A DNA stretch of 64,000 bases from Xylographa opegraphella (taxonomy: Eukaryota). Of the stretch, positions 47,768 to 58,944 are shown piece after piece. The notes under the pieces were generated by a model. The model worked only from the letters and a program-made list of their open reading frames with translations, did no database searches and was not told the origin of the DNA. The DNA is taken from the NCBI GenBank assembly GCA_022813865.1, contig JALDZX010000033.1:1-64000 (forward strand), written 5' to 3'. Numbering within the stretch: the first letter of the stretch is position 1; every line of letters begins with the position of its first letter. The position numbers were made by a program, and so were the translations under genes.

Positions 47768-48763
47768 CTACTTAGCATACTGCCCAATACTCTCTTTCGT
47801 ACCTCCCACGTCCGTTAGCTGCTTGCTCAAACTCTCCTCCATACTCTCCAGCTTCCTTCCCAGCAGCTTCTCCAATAATGGATCCACAACATCCAATTCT
47901 CCTTTGTCGATGGCGGGATACGTCGTGTACCATTTTTCCATAAACTCCCTCGTCTCCGCGTCCTCCTTCTTCCCCGTCTTTATCTCCACCATAGCATCCA
48001 ACCACTTCTCTCTCCCGAGCTCTTCCACTTCGACCGCCTCCTCTCCCTGCCACCCCATGATCCCACTGATCATCTCCGCTACGCCTTTCAAACTCACCGC
48101 AGCCCCTCCGCTCAGCAAAACAGTTCGATCCACAAACTCCTCCTTCCGCAGCAGTATCTTCGCCGTCCCCTCCCCCAACTCATCTCTCACCACCCAGGCC
48201 ACGCCCCTATCCGCTCCCTCTGGCACTCTAGCCACCTTCCGCTCTCCTTTACCCATCGCTTTCCCCGGATCAAAGAATCCCAAGTACAGTGCCCAACTTT
48301 CACAGTAAATCCCCTCCCGAATAATTGTATAGTGCAGCCCTTCCCGGCCTGCACAAGTGCGCATCAAATATTCCTCCGTCTCGATGTGCGCCTGCATCAC
48401 GGCCGCTTGGCTGTCGCCCGCGAAGGCGAGGGACGTGTACACTATGTGCGTGACGCCGGCCCGGACAGCAGCGTCAATTGCGTTTTTGTGGGCTGTGACG
48501 CGGAGGGCGTGGGCGATGGACGGGTAGGAGACGAGGAGAAGAGTGGCGGCGTCGGCGAAGGCGGAGGGAAGAGTTTGGGGCTTGAGAAAGTCGCCATGGC
48601 GGGCTTCGATCCCGGCCGCCGATGAAGATGGCGAAGGGTTCTGAGTAGAGATTACTATTGAGGAGGGAGGGACCGAGAGAGTGTGGAGGAGGTGGTGCAG
48701 GACACGGGAGCCGAGGCCGCCCGTGGCACCTGTGAGGCATATCTTGGAGTTTGATGTTGACAT
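47768..48763 (-). CDS. NmrA-like / atypical SDR NAD(P)-binding protein
   Basis: Motifs ICLTGATGGLGS, AIDAAVRAGVTHIVYTSL, HIETEEYL and IIREGIYCESW. Intronless. Confidence 0.9.
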   Translation of the reverse strand: MSTSNSKICLTGATGGLGSRVLHHLLHTLSVPPSSIVISTQNPSPSSSAAGIEARHGDFLKPQTLPSAFADAATLLLVSYPSIAHALRVTAHKNAIDAAVRAGVTHIVYTSLAFAGDSQAAVMQAHIETEEYLMRTCAGREGLHYTIIREGIYCESWALYLGFFDPGKAMGKGERKVARVPEGADRGVAWVVRDELGEGTAKILLRKEEFVDRTVLLSGGAAVSLKGVAEMISGIMGWQGEEAVEVEELGREKWLDAMVEIKTGKKEDAETREFMEKWYTTYPAIDKGELDVVDPLLEKLLGRKLESMEESLSKQLTDVGGTKESIGQYAK

Positions 48764-49448
48764 CCTGAGATTGAGCTGTAAATATATTTCCAGGAGGCAC
48801 AATGTGCCCGAAGGCTCGTGAGATAATGGTTACATGGCTGGCGGAAAACGGTAGGTCCGATCGGCATAGTCTCGGTATGAGGTCAGGTTCGCTAAGGGCT
48901 TGAACCCTCCTGGAGATGGGAACGCTCGGCTCAGCAACATTCCAGAGCTCGGATGTCAAATAGGCTTATTGACGGCTCTAATAACTTCTCTCCTAGGCTC
49001 AAACGCCAATGCTTACAGCTTATCACGAGAGCACAGTCACATTGCGCATTCTTTCTGTCTTAGGGTCTGCATAGGCGGCGAACGTGCTTTACGATCCGCT
49101 GAACCCCGACTCCGATTCCATGCCCGAAATGGTGGAGTTTTGAAAGATTTTGCAGAGTAAAGACATAGGCTTCGTCCGAGAAGTGGAACACGACAAACTC
49201 ATAACTATCAAGTTCAGGTAATTCTCTAGCCGCAGTGAACGCTAGGCTGCCCAACTACATATGAACCCCTGTATTGACGCTACAAACATCCCAAGTGGAA
49301 TTACCTCGAGTTGATCATTAGCCTGCTCAACAAAGTCGGTCGAGGCAGAGCATTGTACGCTTCAGCTGAACGAGTTTGGTTCTACCTTATCATCTATCCT
49401 AGATTTGTACAGCTTACACAACCCCCTTTCTTCAAAAATAATAATCGC

Positions 49449-50641
49449 CTATTCTACTGCTTGTAAACTCTTGACTGTATCAACAATTGACTTCCTCAAG
49501 CTCATGAAATTCAATCCCAGAACCTCCTTAACTCTGCTGTTGTCATACGAGAAAGGTACCCCTTCTTCGGGGTAGTCGCCTGGCTTTAGCGCATCACCAG
49601 TTGGCATCTTTGATCTAAGTTCGGGGAAATTTTCGGTGATAATTTCCGCAATCTCCTTGTTGCTGAACTGGCCGGCGGTGACAAAGAAACGTTTGTTGGC
49701 AGCTTCTGCTTTTTCCGCAGCTAATACGTGTGCTAGGGCGATGTCTCTGACGTCCACCCACAAGAAAACTCCCGAAGGTGGGAGCTTGTCTTTCGAAGCA
49801 CCAGTCATGATATCTCTGATCCTCTGGTTGGACGTGTTGACTGCGTCCAGAGAGTTCAGATAGTGCACGACGGGGCCATAAACCAGAGGTGGATTGCACT
49901 AGAGAATGATATATCAGTACGACGTCTGCATTGATGTCATGAATAGCATACGGTGGCTATTGTGAAGTTCGGCTTCTCCTTCTCCAAAAAGTCCCAAGCA
50001 GCCTTCTCGGCGAATGTCTTACTCGCTCGATACCCGTTCATCGGGTTCTGTATGGCTTCTTCTTCCGTGATAGGGTTCCAGTCCTTTTCACTATACACGT
50101 GACCCTTTGGTGCGTTTGGATCAACCATGGCTGCAAACGAAGACGTGATTACCACACGCTTTACTGTGGGTGCACTTTTCTTGATAGCCTTCAGAACACC
50201 AGTGGTACCGAAGATAGCTGGGTCCAGAAGGTCTTTCTTGGTGTCTGTGACGTTGAAGTGGAAGGGACTTGCAGTGTGTATAACAGTCTCGAAGGAAGGC
50301 TCGGAGATTACAGCCTTTTCAAACGCTTCCAAGACCGGTCAGCGATTCGTCTTCCCGTCATCGTCGCCACATAGAAGCGGGAGCAGCTTACCATCGGGCT
50401 GGGCAATGTCCTCGACGATAGCGAAGTCAAGTTTATCCTTGCCATACTTAGGGTGTGCCTCCTTAATCTTGTCGGCTTTTGCTTGGGACCGGACTGTGGT
50501 CACCACTGAGTGGCCACGCTCAAGCAGAACGTCTAGTACATGAGCGGCGATGAATCCGCTTCCGCCTGCAATGGGTCAACAATTACGAAGAAACGAATAG
50601 TTAATTGAGTATTCCTTACCAGTGAGAAGAACTCGTGTCAT
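49449..50641 (-). CDS. NADPH-dependent ketoreductase / methylglyoxal reductase (Gre2-like extended SDR)
   Basis: MTRVLLTG|GSGFIAAH, VIHTASPF, VVITSSFAA, catalytic YRASK, NPPLVYGP and WVDVRDIALAH. Three introns. Confidence 0.92.
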
Positions 50642-51932
50642 ATTGAGAGAAATATTAGAGATATCAATTACTGTATTTGCGTCCTAACGGATTGAATACG
50701 AGTATGGATGACGGCTATTTAAACAAAATCATACACGCACTTTGATTCCATTGGTGTGACGAAGTTTCAATGACCAATTGACGTCATTCGGCAGTTGCGT
50801 CTTATCGCGATTAGGGCTCCGATGTTTACAAAGCACCTAAACGTCACAGCACGAAATCTCACGTTCGGAACTATGAGCGAAGGATAATCTAACGACTCGA
50901 AAGATGGATATGGAGACCACCCCTTCTTCATATTTTTTTGATTGGCTAAACAGTCTCCTTCCCTATGGAATATGTCCGAAGTGTGGTTCATATATCGAGA
51001 TGGTAACACCAACCTGAAGATTGGTACAATTCCAATCTATTCCGGACTGATGTTTCATCGGTCTAATACTGTCTGACATTCTTCAGAGGTACAGCCGTCC
51101 CCGTATCAACATGCTCAGATGGTAGTGATAGTCCAAGACGCCGTAGAAGGGACAACGGTCCTCAAAGTGACGTATGGACGAATTACCACGAGCCACCATG
51201 GAGCCATGTTCCTCTCCAGGCTCATGCCTAAAGCACTGGCGTGATGAGAAAGATGGTCCGAGCAACCACACCGGCGCGTTAGCTGTGCGAAGCACACCCG
51301 ACGATTACAGTGCAGTCGCAAAAGCGATATCGGCACAACGACTGCCGGCCCCGAGTGCCTTCTGTTCAAACTCTGAGAGAAGACCCTGAGTTATGGGTTC
51401 AGATAGTTCAGTGCCCATTGCTCGCAGTAATACCCCAGAGCCTCAACCTAAAATGCTAAGATCCAGTTGTCAGCTGTTAACGCCAAACTAGCAACGTTTG
51501 TAAACATTGAACTCCCAGCCTCATCAAGCACCAGTAATAAGTTGAAGGCAGCAACTCATCGTTGCAGATATTCACAAAAAAACACAGAGAGATCTTGTAC
51601 ATAATTTCATGTAAGATGGGAGATGCCTTCGCGGTCATCATCATGCAACACTAATGGCACAAGTTTCAATCTTCGCCGCCTGTCTCGTAGCTACGATATG
51701 AAGCAAATGGGTATCGTCCGAGACTCCGACCCTGTAAGCTGTGTCGTAAGCCTGCGCCACAAAAACTCGAGAATACAAAGGAAAAACATCCAGGTTTCCT
51801 GTCTACCATGAAATACACCTTCATTCCACATTTCAAACGGCATCAAACAGGTCGTCCACGAATCTTTGATCCGGGCTGACTCGCTAAGTTGCCTGCCGTA
51901 AACATAATACCGTCCTGATGATATCAAAAGAA

Positions 51933-54900
51933 CTAATCAATCATGATAGCGTCCGCTTGCGACGTGCCGCCAATGTTGTTACTTGCCGTGTGTTCAGCCT
52001 GTTTTGTGGTCTTGCCGCCCGCTTTATGCTTCGACACCTCCCTTATAAATGTGATGCCATCGTGTCGGTCTGTCAATTCCTTGCTAGCGACTGGACTAGG
52101 CTGTTTAGAAACCTCCGCGGCGTCCAGATATTGCTTTTGGAACAAGAATGGTCGGCGTTCTGCCACCCAGTTCATGGTCCTTTTCGGTGCCCGAGACGTG
52201 AAGCTCGATTCGTCAATATGTGATTGCTCTGCGCGCTGAGATGCAGCATTCTTACTGACATCATTGCTACTAGCCACAGGAAGAACATTTGGGAGTATGG
52301 TATTGTTGCGTACTAATTTCTGAGACGAGGGAAGCGGCCCTGACACATCCTTCGCAGATTTATCCAGTCTTGCAAGCTGCTTTCGCAATCGCAATATCAA
52401 TTCACTTGCTTCCCTTCTTGCTGCTTTGAGTTCCTTGTCACTTTTGAAAGTCTGATAATCTCCTTGAATCTGCGCTTCAATTCTTAAAGGATTGGTTAAG
52501 TGCCCATATGCTCTCGTAGCGTCTTGGAGCATTGCTGTCAACTTAGACTTGGTAGTGGAATTTGGGTCCATATGCGCGCGAGTTTTCGTAGTCAAAGCCG
52601 GTTTTCGATGCGCCTTCTTTGGACCAGGCTCCATACGACCACGCGAGCTGAATACTACTGTGCCTTGTTCTGTCCCTGGCTTCTTGGGAATCGAAATCGG
52701 ATTTGAAGCTTCAGAGTTCTGAATTGGTGACCCGACTACTGATTGATGCTCCGGTCGTACTTCACCATTCGTGATCTGGACAAGTTCTCCACGACCCTGA
52801 CTTTTTGAGTGGCTGCCTCTGAGAAACTCAGAGTGGGCCACATGCAAAGAAAATGGAGTACTTACGCATCTTCAGGGCCCAGGTTTCCTTGCTGGTGCCC
52901 GTATAGGTTTCGAAGACGAGCTCGCTGCCATAAGAACGTATTGTAATTTCCCCCCAGCATCCAGTCTAAAAGACTTGCACGATTGGTATTCTCCATTGCA
53001 TCAAGTATCTCAGCGCGGGCACGAGAGAATCGGGCAAATATCAGCATCACATTTCTTGAACCCCCAGAGATGTCGTTTCCCTTCTGATTTGGATCCATAA
53101 TTGCAAGACGGTCCGGCTTCAGTGGCTTGTGGGAATTCCAGGTGCGCTAGTTGACAGAGATTATTACTCTCCTTAAACGACTATACCACAAAATATGACA
53201 TACCTTGTCGAAATATCCTGGGGGCTCCATGCGGATGCCAGTCCTGGCAATTTCAAATTGATTGCCGTACAAATCTAGGAACTCAAGAAGGATCTCCCCT
53301 AAATTTTGCTCTGGAACAATCTCTCCCGTTTGTACTCGAGGCATGTTTTGTAGTAAGCTGACAACAAGACATGTAACAGAAAACCCTCCAAGACCCCCAT
53401 TCGCAACTTCGTTGAGGCCTCTCATAAGTAAGAACTGCTTTATGGTGGTGACAATTATCGGCATGGCAGGATATAACGCTTTCCACAGTCTGAATGTGTT
53501 ATTAGCCACGAGACCGGTGTCGTTTTCGAAGGACATATCGATTTTCAGCTGTGTGATGTGATCCACAAACTTTATCAGCGGAACCTTTGCACTACCTACT
53601 ATCTCCACAGACCACGGCTCGGCGATACCATTCTTCTCAAGATAGTCGGCTAACTTCCGCATTTGGTTATTCGTCTGACATACGTTTGGACGGCCATGAT
53701 CCCTGAAGTCTTTCGAAAGCACCACTAAATCCATATCGGCCGTAGGAAGATATAAGCCAGCTGCAAACGAGCCAAAACTATGTAATTCTAGGTCGGCCCT
53801 CCAGCTTCGAATAGCATTTTGTAGCCTTTCTAGAAGTTCCCGACGAACAACTTGCTCGTGCTCCTGCGGTTTCACAAACTCATAAAAGTCGATTACTTCT
53901 TTGTGAAGTCTGAATCAAATTAGATGGTTCTGTTCCTTTTATTGCATATGACTCACCTGAAGCCCGAAAGTCTGGTCATTCGATGATCACGTACGACCCA
54001 AGGTATTGGGTTCGACGGCTTCGGGGACACCCATTCGTCGAGGACATGTCCGTTCGTGAACCGACTGATTCCTTTTTTCCGTTTCGGCGCACGAAGTGGC
54101 TCTGTCTCTAAAATCTCAACAGAACGCTTGCGTTTCGAATTGCCCTCTAAGACTTCTGCGGCAGTACCGGGAGTGTTGCCATTCAAACCGAAAGCCTTAC
54201 TCGGTGGTGGGCCGAGAGCATCAGAAGATAAGGTCTGTCCATATGTACCTGGTGCGTGGGTATGAAAGGTGCTGTACAGTGGCTGATGGAATGCAGATGA
54301 CTTGGCCGTAGAATGTACTGTCACATCTCTAACATCAGAGAGTGAACTCCCCACATTGCTATTCCGATCGAGGTCCTTGACTGTGTCCTCCTCAGCTCCA
54401 AAGGAGATGAAGTCGTCATTTGTCGCCACTTGGCTGTGCATGTTTGAGGTTTTCTCTACTGCGACCCGAGCTTTTCGAATGAATTTTATGACATCTTTCT
54501 TCTTACGTTGAGATTCGTCTGGTGGAGGAAGCGCCGTATAGTATTCAGGATTTGACCATTTCGGTGGGATTGAATCAGCTATCTTCGTTGTCTCTGGTAC
54601 ATCGTCGATATCAAGCTTCCCATCGCATGTCATCTTGGTTATCTCATTCCCCTCTTCTTCCACTGCTGCATTCCCATGATTTGCCAATGTGGGGTTGAGA
54701 GTAGGTTCGTATTCATCTTGATCGGACTCATCCATAGCCTCTTCTACGCTATCAGACATATCATCGACATCAAGAAAACGATTCTCGGCACGCTCATGAT
54801 CATTCATACCAATCATACGCTCCGGCGTACTACCGTCACGCTGGAGTTGCAGTAACGGGCGATCAGCCGTGGCATAATGTTTGTTGCCTCGGCCTCGGAA

Positions 54901-55230
54901 TGGGCGACGATTATCGCGTTGACCACGGTCAACTGCATATTGCTGATTTCCGTTTCTCTGCGGTGCTCTGCGGTTCGGTCTCCTCCGTAGGCCGCTATTA
55001 TCCTGGCCTGCAGGTGATGGTCGATAAGTGTCGGCTTCTCGAGGATATTGAGGTGCAGATATGTTCGGAGTAAACGAGAAACTCTGTGGATGAGATGCAC
55101 TTATATCGTGCGATTGACCATAACCACCAAACTGATAGGCGCCTGTCGGAGGCGGTGGATCATGAGGAAGTGGAGGCATTTCTTGGGGAGGGGGAGGCGG
55201 TGGGTAATCATAAGAACTTTGCTGCAACAT
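51933..55230 (-). CDS. non-canonical poly(A) polymerase of the TRAMP complex (Trf4/Trf5/Cid14-like)
   Basis: Motifs LHKEVIDFYEFVKP, FGSFAAGLYLPTADMDLV, AKVPLIKF, IDMSF, GLNEVANGGLGGFS and IMDPNQKGNDISGGS. Low-complexity termini. The 3' exon boundary is uncertain. Confidence 0.9.
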
Positions 55231-55923
55231 TTTGAAAATCTACAGACACGAAGCAACGTTAGCAAGATGGTCTTTGTGTTTGGATCCTGTGGTGATAAAG
55301 AGACAGGAAGTTTTACCTACGTTGCTTCCAATCGCGAGTAGTGGTTCACGGGAGGGGAGCACAGCAAGAGAATGCGCCAAGTGTGGAGGATTTGATGTCA
55401 ACGGCTGTCCGAGCGCGAGAATTGCATTACTACCCTCTGTGTTCTCCCAGCGATGATCTCGCCATATGCATGGTGGCACGTTCACACTCGTGAATGACGA
55501 TGTCGAAATTTTGTTGATGCGATATCTAGAGAGCTAGAGTAGAATAAGGGAAAGTGTAAGCGCGGTCTCCAATCTGCGCGCGCTAAGTTAGTTAGGACTA
55601 GTCTAGGTAGTTTAGAGATGTTTGGCAGAGCCCAGAAGGTGTTACCTTTAGGGATCTCTGTCGTAGCCAATAATTCTTGTTAGAGAGGCAGTCCATAAAC
55701 TTGACGACACTTTAGGACATTCGGCCGGTCATGTTCCACTAATTAACCATGACTTAAGATTGAGCTCTCCCTATGGCTTTCCATGAACACTAGGTAGGAT
55801 CCACGTAAATCGGTCGCGCTCATTATGGCACTGCTGTACTTCTTGTGACGCACCCGGAGGAATGCACAATACAATAGTTACTTTGACTTCATAGCTGGCG
55901 TGAATAAGCGTAAGATAAGGTAT

Positions 55924-57027
55924 TTATCCCTTGCTCAAGCCATCGACCGCCTTACTGTGTGCCCAGTCCTTTAGACCTGCAGCCAGCTTCTCTATCAATG
56001 GTTTGTTTTGGGCGAGCTCCTGAAAGCTCACACGCCCCGTCCACCACTCCAACCACTCTTCCGCTCGTGCTCCGCTTCTGGCGTTGAGCAAGCCGACACT
56101 AACATCCACAAGGTCTGGTCTTTCATCGCAGTGCCAGAAGACAACAGCGCCGCACTTTCCACAGAACTCCCTATACGCCCCTTTCGAGATCGTGTAGCGC
56201 TTGAGCGTGGGCAGATCGAAGTCCATGGGATCTCCATTGGTCTTTTGGATATTGACTTTAGGGACGAATGCCCAACACTGGATATCGTAGCCAGAACCCC
56301 GTCTGCAAGAATTGCAAGCACATGTCCCTGCAAGATACTTTGTTCCGCCCCCACGAATCCACCATTTCACATCGGCCGAGTTATCGCAAGCATTCTCGAA
56401 GTAAGGCATCAGCAAATCAGGCCAAGGGGAATGCAGCATCGACGACCTCGGACCAGGTCGGGTGATGTTGAACTGGACACCCTTACAATGGCAGGAACAG
56501 TAGAGTACATCGCCCGCAGTTGTATCACTGGTTGCTGGTTTTTGCACTCCGTATGTCTTGCCAGGCTCGAGGGATCCACTTGGATCCTGACGGTACATTT
56601 CCCACGCTGGAAGGTCCAGAAGCCAATCTCTCGAGCCTCCATCCTTAGTAGAGACCACAAACATATGCTCTTTGAGCTCAACGATTCCATTTGTAGCATC
56701 TAGAGCACCCGAGCAAAGACTAAGTTGTGTCGAAACCGGAGCCAGCTCGTAGATTGATGTGCCACATATTCCACAGGAGCACATCACTAAGTCATTCGCA
56801 TTTTTATACGACAGTACTTTGCCTGTTATTTTCAAGTCTTTCGTACCTTCCGGTAGATCAACAATAGACGTACAGAGCTCGCCAGAGACAGAACGGCAGC
56901 TGGAACAATGGCATAAAGCTAGTCCTAATGGTAGAGAAGATTCAGGAACCTTCACGGACAATGTAACCTGGTGACAGGCACATGATGAAGTGATAGTCGA
57001 GAGAGGACTATGTAATATTGATGCCAT
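55924..57027 (-). CDS. tandem GFA/CENP-V (Mss4-like) domain protein
   Basis: Two repeats of the CxC...C(H/A)CxSCR...(F)CxxCG pattern (SCAC/CHCSSCR/CGICG and SCHC/CACNSCR/FCGKCG). Confidence 0.88.
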   Translation of the reverse strand: MASILHSPLSTITSSCACHQVTLSVKVPESSLPLGLALCHCSSCRSVSGELCTSIVDLPEGTKDLKITGKVLSYKNANDLVMCSCGICGTSIYELAPVSTQLSLCSGALDATNGIVELKEHMFVVSTKDGGSRDWLLDLPAWEMYRQDPSGSLEPGKTYGVQKPATSDTTAGDVLYCSCHCKGVQFNITRPGPRSSMLHSPWPDLLMPYFENACDNSADVKWWIRGGGTKYLAGTCACNSCRRGSGYDIQCWAFVPKVNIQKTNGDPMDFDLPTLKRYTISKGAYREFCGKCGAVVFWHCDERPDLVDVSVGLLNARSGARAEEWLEWWTGRVSFQELAQNKPLIEKLAAGLKDWAHSKAVDGLSKG

Positions 57028-57226
57028 TTACTCCGCTCCAAATGTAGGTTTCGTATCCTTGACGGAAATATGTAGCCAGCCCCAAGTCTGGCTTCATCCT
57101 GACTTGGATGAGTAATTGCGTACTTTCTATACTCTTGACCTCCGTGCATCTCACGACACAAGGTCACCATCTACTATTCCATATCCTTTCCAGATACTTG
57201 TCAATCGTGTACATCGTTGTCCGACG

Positions 57227-58549
57227 ATGGAGCCGGGTTTAGTTGCAGGTTTGTATGCTGCTGAGACGGCTATCGAAGGCACCGTTGCAGCAGCTTTCAC
57301 TATAGCTCGATCGACCATGCCCCTCAAAGCCAGTTTCCATCGTGTCTCAATCAGCAACTCTTTACCGCGTTCGTCCCATAGTCTCTCGATCATCAAAGGA
57401 CGAGCATACATCTTCGGTGGCGAAATTGAACCGCGAAAGCCAGTTGATACCAATGTTGATATCTACACACTGCCATCGTCCACCGTGACTGAAGCAGATT
57501 ACAGATGTGTGGCAGCTAAATCGCACGATGGTGAAGAAGAAGTTCCTGCACCTCGTGTAGGACATACTGCGGTTGCAATTGCTGACCGCATCTATGTGTT
57601 TGGTGGCCGGGGCGGCACAGATATGAAGCCTCTCGAGGAAGAAGGCAGAGTCTGGGTCTTCGATACTCAATCGAACACATGGAGTTATCTGAATCCGCTT
57701 CCAGGCAATCCATATCCCGAAGCACGGTCGTATCATGCAGCAGCGGCGTGTATACATCCGCTGCCTAGTACGACAGATCATACGATGAATGCAGTTGGAT
57801 CCCCTGACGACGAAGCTCACGGCACTATATTCATCCACGGCGGCTGTCCAGCATCTGGCCGTCTTGCTGATGTCTGGGCTTTCGACGTGGCAGCCCGAAC
57901 ATGGATGCGCTACGCGGATGCACCTGGGCCTGCTCGCGGAGGTCCATGCCTGACATTTACACAGAATCGATTGTACAGATTTGGTGGGTTCGATGGGAAA
58001 GACGAGATTGGTGGGCAAATTGATTACCTTGAGGTTGCTGTCAATACTTTCAATGATAAGGGTGGTCAAGGAGAGTTGTCTGTGTTTGCCGCATCCAAAT
58101 GGGAGACCGTTTCATTCCCAGAAGATATGCCGTTTCCGGGAAATCGCAGCGTTGCAGGCTTGCACCCCGTCACTACCGGTCAAGGACGGCATTACCTTCT
58201 GCTGTTCTTAGGAGAACGAGACCCAAGCTCGAAGGGCCATGAAGGAGCTGGCATGTTCTGGGGCGATGTGTGGTCATTTCAGCTACGTCCGGAAGGCATG
58301 ACGGCTGCAAGCTTTAAAGATGCAACACGAATGGTTTTCGGCGCAAAAACTGCCGAAGATACCTGGGCACAAGTAGAAATACCAGAAGCAACCATGTCTG
58401 AAGGACAGAAACATGGCCCGGGAGAGTTGGGATGGTTTGCAAGCGCACAAAACGACGACTTGGATTCTAACAGTGTTGTCTTCCATGGCGGGATCAATGG
58501 TAATAATGAGCGCTTGGGAGACTGCTGGATTCTGACTGTTGATGCTTGA
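57227..58549 (+). CDS. Kelch-repeat beta-propeller protein
   Basis: Repeated Kelch blades: PRSSHSL..AYIFGGE, PRVGHTA..IYVFGGR, ARSYHAA..IFIHGG, LYRFGGFDG and VFHGG. Confidence 0.9.
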   Translation: MEPGLVAGLYAAETAIEGTVAAAFTIARSTMPLKASFHRVSISNSLPRSSHSLSIIKGRAYIFGGEIEPRKPVDTNVDIYTLPSSTVTEADYRCVAAKSHDGEEEVPAPRVGHTAVAIADRIYVFGGRGGTDMKPLEEEGRVWVFDTQSNTWSYLNPLPGNPYPEARSYHAAAACIHPLPSTTDHTMNAVGSPDDEAHGTIFIHGGCPASGRLADVWAFDVAARTWMRYADAPGPARGGPCLTFTQNRLYRFGGFDGKDEIGGQIDYLEVAVNTFNDKGGQGELSVFAASKWETVSFPEDMPFPGNRSVAGLHPVTTGQGRHYLLLFLGERDPSSKGHEGAGMFWGDVWSFQLRPEGMTAASFKDATRMVFGAKTAEDTWAQVEIPEATMSEGQKHGPGELGWFASAQNDDLDSNSVVFHGGINGNNERLGDCWILTVDA

Positions 58550-58944
58550 AATGAAAGGCTTTCTTACCCTGGTCTGTGGTAAATGCATAGGAACATTGGC
58601 ATATTTCACGTGCGAACTAAGCCGATAATGCTCCTATTTGTTACGTTCATTATTTGGGAGACGTCACAGCTCATTTGGGCTAGAAGAAGGTATTCCCCAG
58701 TCAAAAGCAGGAGCAATCGACCGGCAGTCCCATAGAAGTTAGCTTTGCGGCCGAGTCAACTCCATATGTCCAGTCTTCATGAGGCACTGTGATACGCATC
58801 CAATAATTCCTATGCAACTTCCTTGACGTCTAACATATTTTTAGCTGTGGCCTCGGCTGGTCCGCCCACATGTGCTGTTTTTTGTGTGTTTGGGCCCAGT
58901 GTTGCCTTTCGCGGAGGACGAATTGAAAGAAATACCTACCTGAT

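Noticed and set aside
47768..50641. Adjacent NmrA-like and Gre2-like reductases as a secondary-metabolite cluster
   Set aside because: No backbone enzyme (PKS/NRPS/terpene synthase), transporter or cluster regulator is nearby.
51241..51376. GTGATGA…CTGA in the intergenic region downstream of the Trf4-like gene
   Set aside because: No recognisable guide, C'/D' boxes or flanking intron signals. Such a match is expected by chance.
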